Source: Macrostomum hystrix
Taxonomy: Eukaryota; Animalia; Platyhelminthes
DNA length: 64,000 nt
Assembly: GCA_950097015.1 (NCBI GenBank)
Contig: CATNEN010000002.1
Span: forward strand, 4,278,001-4,342,000
Reading direction: 5' to 3'
The notes under the pieces were generated by a model. That model saw only the letters and a program-made list of their open reading frames with translations. It was not told where the DNA came from and made no database searches. Numbering within the stretch: the stretch's first letter is position 1; every line of letters starts with the position of its first letter. Below are positions 24,401-36,100 of the stretch, in pieces. A program made the position numbers and the translations under genes.

Positions 24401-26361
24401 AATTCTCCCCCAGCAGCAGAGCAGTAATTCCCCCCCCCCAGCAGCAGAGCAGTAATTCCCCCCCCCAGCAGCAGAGCAGTAATTCCCCCCCCCAGCAGCA
24501 AAGCAGTAATTCCCCCCCAGCAGCAAAGCAGTAATTCCCCCCAGCAGCAGAGCAGTAATTCCTCCCCAGCAGCAGAGCAGTAATTCCCCCCCCCCAGCAG
24601 CAGAGCAGTAATTCCCCCCCAGCAGCAGAGCAGTAATCCCCCCAGCAGCAGAGCAGTAATTCCCCCCCCAGCAGCAGAGCAGTAATTCCCACCAGCAGCA
24701 AAGAATACTGGTAAACCCACTTAGAAAACTGTTAAACACTTTTAGAAAACTTGTAAACACATTTAGAAAACTGGTAAACACATTTAGAAAGCAGTTAATC
24801 CACACTTAGAAAACTTTTAGACACATTTAGAGAACTATAAAACACATTTAGAATACCGAAACCCAGTTTTAGAAAACTGTTAAACACGTTTAGAATACTG
24901 TAAAACAAATTTAGAATACTGGTAAACACATTTAGAAAACTGGTAAACACTTTTAGAATACTGGTAAACACATTTAGAAAACTGTTAATTAAAAACATTT
25001 AGAATACTGGTAAACACATTTAGAATACTGGTAAACACATTTAGAAAACTGTTAAAAACATTTAGAATACTGGTAAACACATTTAGAATACTGGTAAACA
25101 CATTTAGAAAACTGTTAAAAACATTTAGAATACTGGTAAACACATTTAGAATACTGGTAAACACATTTAGAATACTGGTAAACACATTAAATAAACTGTT
25201 AAAAACATTTAGAATACTGGTAAACACATTTAGAATACTGGTAAACACATTTAGAATACTGGTAAAAACATTTAAAATACTGGTAAACACATTTAGAATA
25301 CTGGTAAACACATTTAAAATACGGTTAAAAACATTTAGAATACTGGTAAAAACATTTAGAAAACTGGTAAACACTTTTAGAATACTGGTAAACACATTTA
25401 GAATACTGGTAAACACTTTTAGAATTCTGGTAAAAACATTTAGAATACTGGTAAACACTTTTAGAATACTGGTAAACACATTTAGAATACTGGTAAACAC
25501 ATTTAAAAAACTGTTAAAAACATTTAGAATACTGGTAAACACATTTAGAATACGGTTAAAAACATTTAGAATACTGGTAAAAACATTTAGAAAACTGGTA
25601 AACACTTTTAGAATACTGGTAAACACATTTAGAATACTGTTAAAAACATTTAGAATACTGGTAAAAACATTTAGAATACTGATAAACACTTTTAGAATAC
25701 TGGTAAAAACATTTAGAATACTGGTAAACACTTTTAGAATTCTGGTAAAAAAAAACATTTAGAATACTGGTAAACACTTTTAGAATACTGGTAAACACTT
25801 TTAGAATACTGGTAAACACTTTTAGAATACTGGTAAACACATTTAGAAAACTGGTAAACACTTTTAGAATACTGGTAAACACATTTAGAATACTGGTAAA
25901 AACATTTAGAATACTGGTAAACACTTTTAGAATACTGGTAAACACATTTAGAATACTGGTAAACACATTTAAAAAACTGTTAAAAACATTTAGAATACTG
26001 GTAAACACATTTAGAATACGGTTAAAAACATTTAGAATACTGGTAAAAACATTTAGAATACTGATAAACACTTTTAGAATACTGGTAAAAACATTTAGAA
26101 TACTGGTAAACACATTTAGAATAGGCCCTACAGGTAAACACATTTGGAATACGGGTAAACACATTTAGAATACTGGTAAACACATGTAGAAAACTGTAGG
26201 ACATTTAAAAAACTGTTGGACATTTAAAAAACTGTTGGACTCTTTTCTCGATTGAAATTTTGTTAAAGATTTGATGATTTATATGTTGTAGTAAGAAAGG
26301 AGTAGATGTCTCAATATATCGTTGAATTGAAGTCTGCTATGCACATTTTACCTATTCAAAT

Positions 26362-26406
<45 letters not shown>

Positions 26407-29400
26407 GTGAGAAAAGCTGTGATGTAATCTATTTATAAATTCGCACTGACTGTCTCGCCAGTGGGGTTGACATAGCTATGTACATTTGACACAGTGAAAT
26501 TCTTATCAGTGTACTCACTTTTAACGAAACTGGCCCTGATGCAATCATTAAAATTGGCAGCGAAATGCACGTTGACAAAACTGGCTCTGATGTAATGCAT
26601 TAAAAATGCTATCTAAAACAGTTTTTCGAATATTTAATCCCCTTGGCAATGGAATTAAGCTTAATAAAATTACGTGTATATGTGTCCCCATATTTGGCAT
26701 CTTTTGGTGAAGAAATGGTGAAAATCGGTTGAGCCGTTCGGGAGAAAATCAATTACAACCAAGTAACCAACCATTTCATTTTTAGTATATAAGACTAGCA
26801 AGTTTTGCCCCCCTTCGGGGAGCAGAAATACTTTTAATTCGTCTAGTATATACTTTTTAGCAGCTGTATTTACAGCTTTTTAAAGCTACAATGAACCCCC
26901 AGTTGACAATGATCCCCCCGTTGATGATGATCTCCTAGTTGATAATGATCCCCCAGTTGACAATGATCCCCCAGTTGACAATGATCCCCCAGTTGACAAT
27001 GATCCCCCAGTTGACAATGATCCCCCAGTTGACAATGATCCCACGGTTGACAATGATCCCCCAGTTGACAATGTTCCCCCAGTTGACAATGATCCCCCAG
27101 TTGATGATGATCACCCAGTTGACAATAATTCCCCAGTTTACAATGATCCCCCAGTTGATGATGATCCCCCAGTTGACAATGATCCCCCAGTTGACAATGA
27201 TCCCACAGTTGACAATGATCCCCAGTTGACAATGATCCCCCAGTTGATGATGATCCCCCAGTTGACAATGATTCCCCAGTTAGCAATGATCTCGCAGTCG
27301 ACAATGATTCCCCAGTTGACAATGATCCCCCAGTTGATGATGACTCCCCATTGATGATGACAACAAGTTGACAATGTTCCCCCAGTTGACAATGATCCCC
27401 AGTTGACAATGATCCCCCAGTTTACAATGATCCCACAGTTGACAATGATCCCCCAGTTGACAATGATCCCCCAGTTGATGATGACTCCCCATTGATGATG
27501 ACAACAAGTTGACAATGTTCCCCCAGTTGACAATGATCCCCAGTTGACAATGATCCCCCAGTTTACAATGATCCCACAGTTGACAATGATCCCCCAGTTG
27601 ACAATGATCCCACAGTTGACAATGATCCCCCAGCTGACAATGATAACCAGTTGACAATGATCCCACAGTCGACAATGATCCCCCAGTTGACAATGATACC
27701 CCAGTTGATGATGATCCCCCAGTTGACAATGATCCCCCAGTTGACAATGATCCCCCAGTTTACAATGATTCCCCAGTTGACAATGATCCCCCAATTGATG
27801 ATGATCACCCAGTTGACAATGATCCCCCAGTTGATGATGACTCCCCATTGATGAAGATCCCCAGTTGACAATGATCCCCAGTTGATGATGATCCCCCCAG
27901 TTGACAATGATCCCCCAGTTGACAATGATCGCCCAGTTGACAATGATACCCCAGTTGATGATGATCCCCCAGTTGACAATGATCCCCCAGTTGACAATGA
28001 TTCCCCAGTCGACAATGATTCCCCAGCTGACAATGATCCCCAGTTGATGATGATCCCCCAGTTGACAATGATCTTCCAGTTGACAATGATCGCCCAGTTG
28101 ACAATGATCCCCAGTCAATAAATGTTCCCCCAGTTGACAATGATCCCCCAGTAAATGATGATCACCCAGTTGATGATGATTACCCAGTTGACAATGATCC
28201 CCCAGTTGACAATGATCCACAAGTTGACAATGTTCCCCCGGTTGACAATGAACCCCCATTTGATGATGATCCCCCAGTTTACAATAATCCCACAGTTGAC
28301 AATGATCCCCCAGTTGACGATTATCCCGCAGTCTACCATGATCCCCTATTTTATGAAGACTCCCCAGTTGACAATGTTCCCCAGTTTAATTTTTTATTAG
28401 CTGCTATTGTAGAAAATTGAGAAGAACAACATTAGTTGAATATCAGACAAAATTATTTTCATACAAATGTATATCATTATGACGTTATATGAGAATTCAT
28501 CAATGGCAAAAAAAATTGCTATGATTCACACCCTGGTTTTCCTATGATTCAAACTCTGGTTTAGCAATGATTCAAACTCTGGTTTAGCAATGATTCAAAC
28601 TCTGTTTTAGCCACGATTGAAATTCCGGTTTAGCCATGATTCAAAATCTGGTTTAGCCATGATTCAATCTCTGATTTTGCCATGATTCAAACTCTGGGTA
28701 AGCCATGATTCAAACGCTGGTTTAGCCATGATTCAAACTCTGGTTGGCCATGATTCAGACTCTGGTTTAGCCATGATTCAAACTCTGGTTTAGCCATGAT
28801 TCAAACTCTGGTTTAGCCATGATTCAGACTCTGGTTTAGCCATGATTCAAACTCTGGTTTAGCAATGATTCAAACTCTGGTTTAGCCATGATTCAGACTC
28901 TGGTTTAACCATGATTCAAACTCTGGTTAGCCATGATTCAAACTCTGGTTTGCCATGATTCAAACTCTGGTTAGCCATGATTCAGACGCTGTTTTTGCCA
29001 TGATTCAAACTCTGGTTTAGCCATGATTCAAACTCTGGTTAGCCATGATTCAGACGCTGTTTTTGCCATGATTCAAACTCTGGTTTAGCCATGATTCAAA
29101 CTCTGGTTTAGCCATGATTCAAACGCTGGGTTAGCCATGATTCAAACTCTGATTTAGCCATGATTCAAACTCTGGTTTAGCCATGATTCAAACTCTGGTT
29201 AGCCATGATTCAAACTCTGGTTTAGCCATGATTCAAACTCTGGTTTAGCCATGATTCAGACTCCGGTTGACTATGATTCAAACTCTGGTTTAACCATGAT
29301 TCAAACTCTGGTTTAGCCATGATTCAGACTCTGGTGTAGCTATGATTCAAACTCTGGTTTAGCCATGATTCAGACTCTGGTTTAGCCATGATTCAGACTC

Positions 29401-32400
29401 TGGTTTAGCCATGATTCAGACTCTGGTTTAGCCATGATTCAAACTCTGGTTTAGCTATGATTCAAACTCTGGTTTTGCCATGATTCAGACGCTTGTTTAG
29501 CTATGATTCAAACTCTGGTTTAGCCATGATTCAGACTCTGGTGTAGCCATGATTCAGACTCTGGTTTAGCTATGAGCCATGATTCAGACTCTGGTGTAGC
29601 CATGATTCAGACTCTGGTTTAGCCATGATTCAGACTCTGGTTTAGCCATGATTCAGACTCTGGTTTAGCCATGATTCAGACTCTGGTTTAGCTATGATTC
29701 AGACTCTGGTTTAGCCATGATTCAGACTCTGGTTTAGCCATGATTCAGACTCTAGTTTAGCCATGCTGATGATGATGGTTTAGCCATGATTTAGTCTCTG
29801 GTTTAGCCATGATTCAAACTCTAGTTTAGCCATGCTGATGATGATGGTTTAGCCATGATTTAGTCTCTGGTTTAGCCATGATTCAAACTCTGGTTTAGCC
29901 ATGATCCAGACTCTGGTTTAGCCTTGATTCAGACTCTGGTTTAGCCATGATTCAGACTCTAGTTTAGCCATGCTGATGATGATGGTTTAGCCATGATTTA
30001 GTCTCTGGTTTAGCCATGATTCAAACTCTAGTTTAGCCATGCTGATGATGATGGTTTAGCCATGATTTAGTCTCTGGTTTAGCCATGATTCAAACTCTGG
30101 TTTAGCCATGATCCAGACTCTGGTTTAGCCTTGATTCAGACTCTGGTTTAGCCATGATTCAGACTCTGGTTTAGCCATGATTCAGACTCTGGTTTAGCCA
30201 TGATTCAGACTCTGGTTTAGCCACGATTCAGACTCTGGTTTAGCCATGATTCAGACTCTGGTTTAGCCATGATTCAGACTCTGGTTTAGCCATGATTCAG
30301 ACTATGGTTTAGCCATGATTCAGACGCTGGTTTAGCCATGATTCAGACGCTGGTTTAGCCATGATTCAGACTCTATTGTTGCAATGATTCAAACTCAGAT
30401 TTGCTATGATTTATGATATTTTATTTACGAAATGAAAAAAATAAATCAAAATAATCTTCAATCACTACTGGCTGAAAATTAGTCTAAATGATTTGACGCA
30501 GTGCAAAATCGAACCCTAGCCATGCCTAACTTATTCCTAGTGCCTACACATCGGCTATTCCGACTGTTGGTTAGTGGGTGCAGAAATCAGCCTTATAAAA
30601 TGAATTCTCAAAGTTCTGGCTTTGTACAATGAAGTAAGAAAATAGAGTACACTCAGTCTCGCGGTTGGTTGTGTACATTTATTTCCAATTTGTCTCCAGA
30701 GTGCAGGCTTCAAATTCAATCAGCTTGGGGTTGTTGCGCAATTTGACGATGCAATTTCAATTCAGTGGCAGTGAGTGAAATTCTCAATAGGCCAAGATGG
30801 TTTGACCTTTGAAAAAATCATGTTTTTCGAATATTTAATCCCCTTGGCAATGGAATTAAGCTTAATAAAAATACGTGTATAATTGTCCCCATATTTGGCA
30901 TCTTTTGGTGAAGAAATGGTGAAAATCGGTTGAGCCGTTCGGGAGAAAATCAATTACAAGCAAGCAAGCAAGATTTTCATTTTTAGTATATTAGACTAGC
31001 TGCCTTCGCTACCCTCTGGGTAGCCTCCCTGTGAGTTCTTATCAGTTCGTTATCAAAACTGGCTCTGATGCAATCATTAAAATTGGCACTGGAGCCTCAC
31101 TGTGCACAAGCTGAAAACAAGAATGCATTAGAAAAGCCTATTTAAAACTGTTTTTCGAATATTTAATCCCCTTGGCAATGGAATTAAGCTTAATAAAAAT
31201 ACGTGTACCGATTCCGGCCCATTTGTGATCTTTTGGCGAAGGAATTGCGAAAATCGGTTGAGCCGTTCGGGAGCTAGTCGATTGCAAGCAAGCAAGCAAG
31301 CAAGATTTTCATTTTTAGTATATTAGACTAGCTGCCTTCGCTACCCTCTGGGTAGCCTCACTGGAGTTCTTATCAGTGCGTTATCAAAACTGGCTCCGAT
31401 GCAATCATTAAAATTGGCACTGGAGCCTCACTGCGCACAAGCTGAAAACAAGAATGCATTAGAAAAGCCTATTTAAAACAGTTTTTCGAATATTTAATCC
31501 CCTTGGCAATGAAATTAAGCTTAATAAAAATACGTGTACCGATTCCGGCCCATTTGTGATCTTTTGGCGAAGGAATTGCGAAAATCGGTTGAGCCGTTCG
31601 GGAGCTAGTCGATTGCAAACAAGCAAGATTTTCATTTTTAGTATATTAGACTAGCTGCCTTCGCTACCCTCTGGGTAGCCTCCCTTGAGTTCTTATCAGT
31701 GCCTTATCAAAATTGGCTCTGATGCAATCATTAAAATTGGCACTGGAGCCTCACTGTGCACAAGCTGAAAACAAGAATGCATTAGAAAAGCCTATTTAAA
31801 ACTGTTTTTCGAATATTTAATCCCCTTGGCAATGAAATTAAGCTTAATAAAATTACGTGTACCGATTCCGGCCCAATTGTGATCTTTTGGCGAAGGAATT
31901 GTGAAAATCGGTTGAGCCGTTCGGGAGCTAGTCGATTGCAAACATACAAACATACAAACATACAAACAAGATTTTCATTTTTAGTATATTAGAAGAAGAA
32001 ACTGAGGTTTGTAAGAAATCCTGGAAAGGTAACTGACTCAAACTGACACCCAAAACAGAGAGCCAAGCTCAAACCTCATCTGTCGTGACGCCGGTTCAGT
32101 TGGGCCGTATTTTGCCTGCGGAATGTACACCCGCCTGGTGTCAGCCAGTTGAATCTCGCCGGCTCCCGGTTGAACCACACCCGCCTTGATCCACATCCGG
32201 CCCGCTGCGGCGCCGCCGCTCCTTCCGCCAGGCCGATTGTCGACTGAGAAGCTGTCCACCATCTGCTGGTAGATGAGCCGCTCCTCTGGCGCGGCGCCTG
32301 GCAAATCCGCTGCGAGGCTGCCGCCACCGCCGCTGCCGCTGTTGCCAGAGTCTGAAGCGCCGCGTTTCGCTAGACGCGATGGCGGACCTTCAGCCGGCGA

Positions 32401-32421
32401 AGCAAAATGTCGCTTGCGCAT
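18414..32421 (-). CDS. U2SURP: U2 snRNP-associated SURP motif-containing protein (SR140)
   Basis: Exons 32075-32421, 23087-23453, 22140-22530, 20973-21569, 20073-20296, 18414-18929; phases all match; about 813 aa. Motifs KTNLELFKEELK, RRM (TTNLFLGNLNP...GRFGPLASVKIMWPRT...RNCGFVAYM), SURP (VVREGPLLE...HVYYRWRLYSIL), CID (EAMVWCLEHAE...LFLASDLLHNS...WSEWALY). Confidence 0.93.
18985..19985. repeat. 28-bp minisatellite GAGATTCAAAATCTCACCTCTACTGTCT
   Basis: Fills U2SURP intron 5. Confidence 0.95.
20395..20933. repeat. 21-bp minisatellite GAGACCTGAAGAATCAGGAAT
   Basis: Fills U2SURP intron 4. Confidence 0.95.
21660..22080. repeat. 24-bp minisatellite GAATCGAAGCTAGAACCCTACCTA
   Basis: U2SURP intron 3. 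Confidence 0.92.
22665..23000. repeat. 21-bp minisatellite ATGACCCAATCAAACTAAACT
   Basis: U2SURP intron 2. Confidence 0.92.
23885..24700. repeat. Minisatellite CAGCAGAGCAGTAATT(C)5-9
   Basis: Tandem array with a variable C run. Confidence 0.95.
24705..26200. repeat. 21-bp minisatellite AAACACATTTAGAATACTGGT
   Basis: Tandem array. Confidence 0.95.
26365..26404. repeat. (AC)20 microsatellite
   Basis: Direct read. Confidence 0.97.
26890..28385. repeat. 18-bp minisatellite CCCCAGTTGACAATGATC
   Basis: Tandem array. Confidence 0.95.
28530..30410. repeat. 23-bp minisatellite TTAGCCATGATTCAAACTCTGGT
   Basis: Tandem array with higher-order blocks. Confidence 0.95.
30996..31993 (-). mobile_element. 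Three tandem non-autonomous Helitron-like units (30996-31327, 31328-31650, 31651-31993)
   Basis: Each minus-strand unit starts TCTAATATACTAAAAATG, has a tetranucleotide microsatellite and AACGGCTCAACCGATTTT, and ends with hairpin GCTACCC-AGA-GGGTAGC, 8 nt, CTAG. Junctions are CTAG|TC. Confidence 0.85.
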
Positions 32422-32689
32422 TGCCAGTTAGAGCTTTCTTTTTCAAAAATAACTTTTGCTGCAGGAACCGATACGTTTCGAAAAATGCATTTTGCTAGTC
32501 TAAAGATATAACAAATGTTCTGTTTTTTTTATTTAAAGGACATCGTTTAGTACTTTGTCTTAATAATTCAAGGCTTCTACGAAAACGCAAGAGATAATTT
32601 GAAAACTAAGGCCGAGGGGTAAATTAGAACACTTCAGGATAATTTACTGTGGGGATGATTCTAGAACTTTCTGGATAATTAGAAAACTG

Positions 32690-33470
32690 GATGATAATAA
32701 GAAAACTATGGCGATGGTAACAAATCTAGGGTGATAATTAGAAAACTGAGGGGATAATTAGAAAACTGAGGGGATAATTAGAAAACTGAGGGGAAAACTG
32801 AAAACTGAGGGGATAATTAGAAAACTGAGGGGATAATTGAAAATTGAGGGGATAATTGAAAACTGAGGGGATAATTAGAAAACTGAGGGGATAATTAGAA
32901 AACTGAGGGGATAATCGAAAACTGAGGGGATAATTAGAAAACGGAGGGGATAACTAGAAAACTGAGGGGATAATCAGAAAACGGAGGGGATGACTAGAAA
33001 ACTGAGGGGATAATTGACAACTGAGGGGAAAATAGAAATCTGAGAGATAATTGAAAACTGAGGGGATAATTAGAAAACGGAGGGGATAATTAGAAAACTG
33101 AGGGGATAATTAGAAAACTGAGGGGATAATTAGAAAACGGAGGGGATAATTAGAAAACTGAGGGGATAATCGAAAACTGAGGGGAAAATAGAAATCTGAG
33201 GATAATTGAAAACTTAGGGGATAATTAGAAAACTGAGGGGATAATTAGAAAACGGAGGGGATGACTAGAAAACTGAGGGGATAATTGAAAACTGAGGGGA
33301 AAATAGAAATCTGAGGGATAATAGAAAACTGAGGGGATAATTATAAAACGGAGGGGATAACTAGAAAACGGAGGGGATAACTAGAAAACGGAGGGGATAA
33401 CTAGAAAACGGAGGGGATAACTAGAAAACGGAGGAGATAATTAGAAAACGGAGGGCATAATTATAAAAAA
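32690..33470. repeat. 21-bp minisatellite GGGATAATTAGAAAACTGAGG
   Basis: Between RNF170 and U2SURP. Confidence 0.93.
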
Positions 33471-33916
33471 GTTTGGGAATAACTGAAGAATTCGGACGGA
33501 TAAATTAAAATCTGCGAGAATATTTGAAAACTTTTGGGGGGATAATAAACGACAAAGGTGGATAACTTTCTACATCGTCTTTCATTCTTTTATTAATTCC
33601 CACTTCACTAAATCATAAAAAAACCGAAGACAAAACCGAAACAAATAACGAAAAAACTAGAAGCAAGCTTGCGTAGGCAACTACAAGTTTTTTTCAGTCT
33701 AAATATTCACTTGCATGAAGGACCAACTGGCAAATTAGGCCACAACATTTAAAAGTAAAAAAAGAACAAAAATATATAAAAAAACTACATCTGCTTTTAA
33801 GCAGCAACCGATTAAAAGTGGCAGATACTGTAGAAAGCCCATTAGTCATTTTGGATTCAATCTTAGCTGATATAACTGCAATAACTAGGTCACAGCAACT
33901 GTCGAGTTGGGGATAA

Positions 33917-34891
33917 TTAAGCATGAAACTGTCGCTGGCTAATTGCATTGCGATACATGAACACAACAAAGATCAGGCACAGCAGTAGCACCACCAAATC
34001 GTCTAACAATCCTAGCAGGCCGAACACGGCCTCCGGTAGAATGTCCAATGGCGCTAGAAGGTAGGCAAAGCACATCACAATGACAATGCCGAACCTAGCC
34101 ATGTAGATAAATGAGAAGCCAGTTGGACTGAACAGATCAGCTATGAAGTGACGCAATAGAGTTGGAAAATCACGGATTAAATCAGTTAGCGACAGGCCGC
34201 GACCGGAATTGTAGCGATTGAATCGGTTCACTCTGCAATTTCATTTGTTTCTGCTTCAATTTAACAGTAGAACTACCAACGGAAGGATTTCCAACCCTCC
34301 CCTGACAGGTTTTTGCTGCACCCGGACAAAGCAATGCAAGCACAAGAAACTCAAGAACACGGGCCAACTTTTTATTGCGCACCTTCAGATACAAGAATCC
34401 AGTCGCCAGCTCTTCAGACCGTCGAGATATTCAACGGTTCTGGCCGAAGGTCAAACGGCAACTTTTTTTGGTATTCCTACTGTTAAACACGTTTCACTAA
34501 GAAGCTGACGAGGAACAGCTAATAGCATAGTTACTCCCGCCTTTTACCCATCCCAGACAGGTTTAGCATCGACTCACCTCGCCAACACCTGTTCAATTCG
34601 TTGATAAGCTTCTATATCGTTTTGATTATTATTATCATTAGGATTGGCTGTTGCGAGTTCATCTGTGGTAAACACTGGAAACAAGATAGTAACAGCCTGC
34701 CTGCACAATGGACAGGCTACAGAGTTCAATAGCCGATCATTCCACAGAGTGAGGAAGCACGGTCCGCAGAAGTGATGACCGCATGAGGTTTGCACAGCCA
34801 ATTGTGGTGATTCCTCTAGGCAGATTGGGCAGGGGTCCAGCTGTAGCTGGGGTGGGCGCGGTTGCAATTGGAAGCGCACACTAGTTGCCAT
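33917..34891 (-). CDS. RNF170: RING-finger E3 ligase RNF170
   Basis: Exons 34578-34891 and 33917-34232, phase 2, about 209 aa. C3HC4 RING CPIC...CGHHFCGPC...CPLC; DFPTLLRH; DUF1232-type YLLAPLDILPEAVFGLLGLLDD hydrophobic tail. Confidence 0.9.
34285..34455 (+). repeat. Dispersed repeat, copy 1 (RNF170 intron)
   Basis: GCTGCACCC...GCAAGCA.AAGAAACT...GTCGCCAGCTCTTCAGACCGTCGAGATATTCAA.GGTTCTGGCCGAAGGTCA is shared with 61380-61535. Confidence 0.75.
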
Positions 34892-35880
34892 GGCAATTGG
34901 GTGAAAGATAAAGGTTGCAAGTTTAAGTTTATCATTATTGGGTTAAATAACAATTGATCCATAACACAGCAACGTACTCCAATCAGAATCAATAAAGCCT
35001 GGTAAGGGTGCAATTGTTAAGAAGACAATAAGAAAGAAATGGAGACAAGAAGAATATTAGGATATTGGGCTATCAAGATATAGCTTGAGCAAATAAAAAT
35101 TATAAATTAGCCAAGCAATTCTAAGAAATAGCTCATTAAAGTATGATAATTATTATTCTTGTTGATAATAAACACAGAAGCTTTTGTTAAAATGGAGTTA
35201 GAATTATCTTAAGAATGGAATATAAAAACATTTGTATATATAATTGAGATCATTACTTGATGCAAACTTCCCCTAAGCTAGTGTTTCTTGACTTATTTAG
35301 TACCAATATCAACATTTTGCCACATTCCATAATTAAAATTGGCACATTTAATTAGGATTGTAACAAATACTTTCAGGAATACTTTCAAATACCTAGTTAG
35401 ACAGCCATTTTTAGGAAAGTTTACATAAAATATAAAAAAACTAGAAAATATTTGTTTCAAACAAAAAACTAGTTTGTGTATATAAGCATCTTTATAGTGC
35501 ATTTGCTGTGCTGACTATAGCTGATTGGCAATACACTACTGTGTATCTAGCAACAGCAAAAAGGAAATACGCACAGTAAGATCACAATGCACTTTAAGAC
35601 CTATAGACAATACATATATGATATTGATACCTATATACATATACATATATTGATATCAACTATAGGATTGTAACATCAAATGTGTTTAAGTGGCATGAAC
35701 AGAGAGCAGTGCTGGCAAAGTTTTACTATGTTTCCTATAATTATTTTTCTGCAATGTTCTACTTCTGTTTTTTATATCACTTTTTTTGTTTGCAAACGAC
35801 AGATAACAACAAAAAACAAGCTTAATGGTAATAAAAAGTCAGTACTTAGTTTAGTTCTGAAAAGTTCTGAAAAGTCTTGG

Positions 35881-36100
35881 TCAGTCTTTCTTCTTTCCAA
35901 CTGGGTAATAGTGCCTAATCCAGTAGAGGAGGGCACGAAAGCTATTCTTGGGGAATAGACGGTGCCATAAGAATTCTTTGAGGTGGCTTTCAAATAGAGC
36001 AGCACACGTGCCAAGCATTTGACACAGCTTGGCCTTCGCAAAATCTTCAGCTGCAGAATTGCTGTGCTTTAGGCCTAGCTTCCTGTCCCCCCATATTTGC
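35881..36100 (-). pseudogene. Merlin/ISXO2 (IS1595-like) transposase C-terminal relic
   Basis: Hand translation HSNSAAEDFAKAKLCQMLGTCAALFESHLKEFLWHRLFPKNSFRALLYWIRHYYPV resembles the recalled ISXO2-domain C-terminal pattern (YLxEFxWR...F..LL..I...YP). Confidence 0.55.

Larger units (their letters stand above)
23551..26794 (-). mobile_element. Long Helitron-like unit (about 3.2 kb) carrying two satellites and (CA)20
   Basis: 5' TCTTATATACTAAAAATG with about 290 bp homologous to the short units. 3' GCCCCCC-AAA-GGGGGGC, 8 nt, CTAG, followed by T. Confidence 0.65.
26795..30995 (-). mobile_element. Long Helitron-like unit (about 4.2 kb) carrying two satellites
   Basis: Same 5' about 180 bp as the short units. 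3' end GCTCCCC-GAA-GGGGGGC (one mismatch), 8 nt, CTAG at 26795. Confidence 0.65.

Noticed and set aside
23842-28400. Many overlapping long ORFs (GGNYCSAA, NVFTSIL, GDHCQL)
   Set aside because: Stop-free frames of minisatellites; open in several frames at once.
11178-33470. Regular 20-30-bp repeats resembling CRISPR arrays
   Set aside because: No unique spacers, eukaryotic context and no cas genes.
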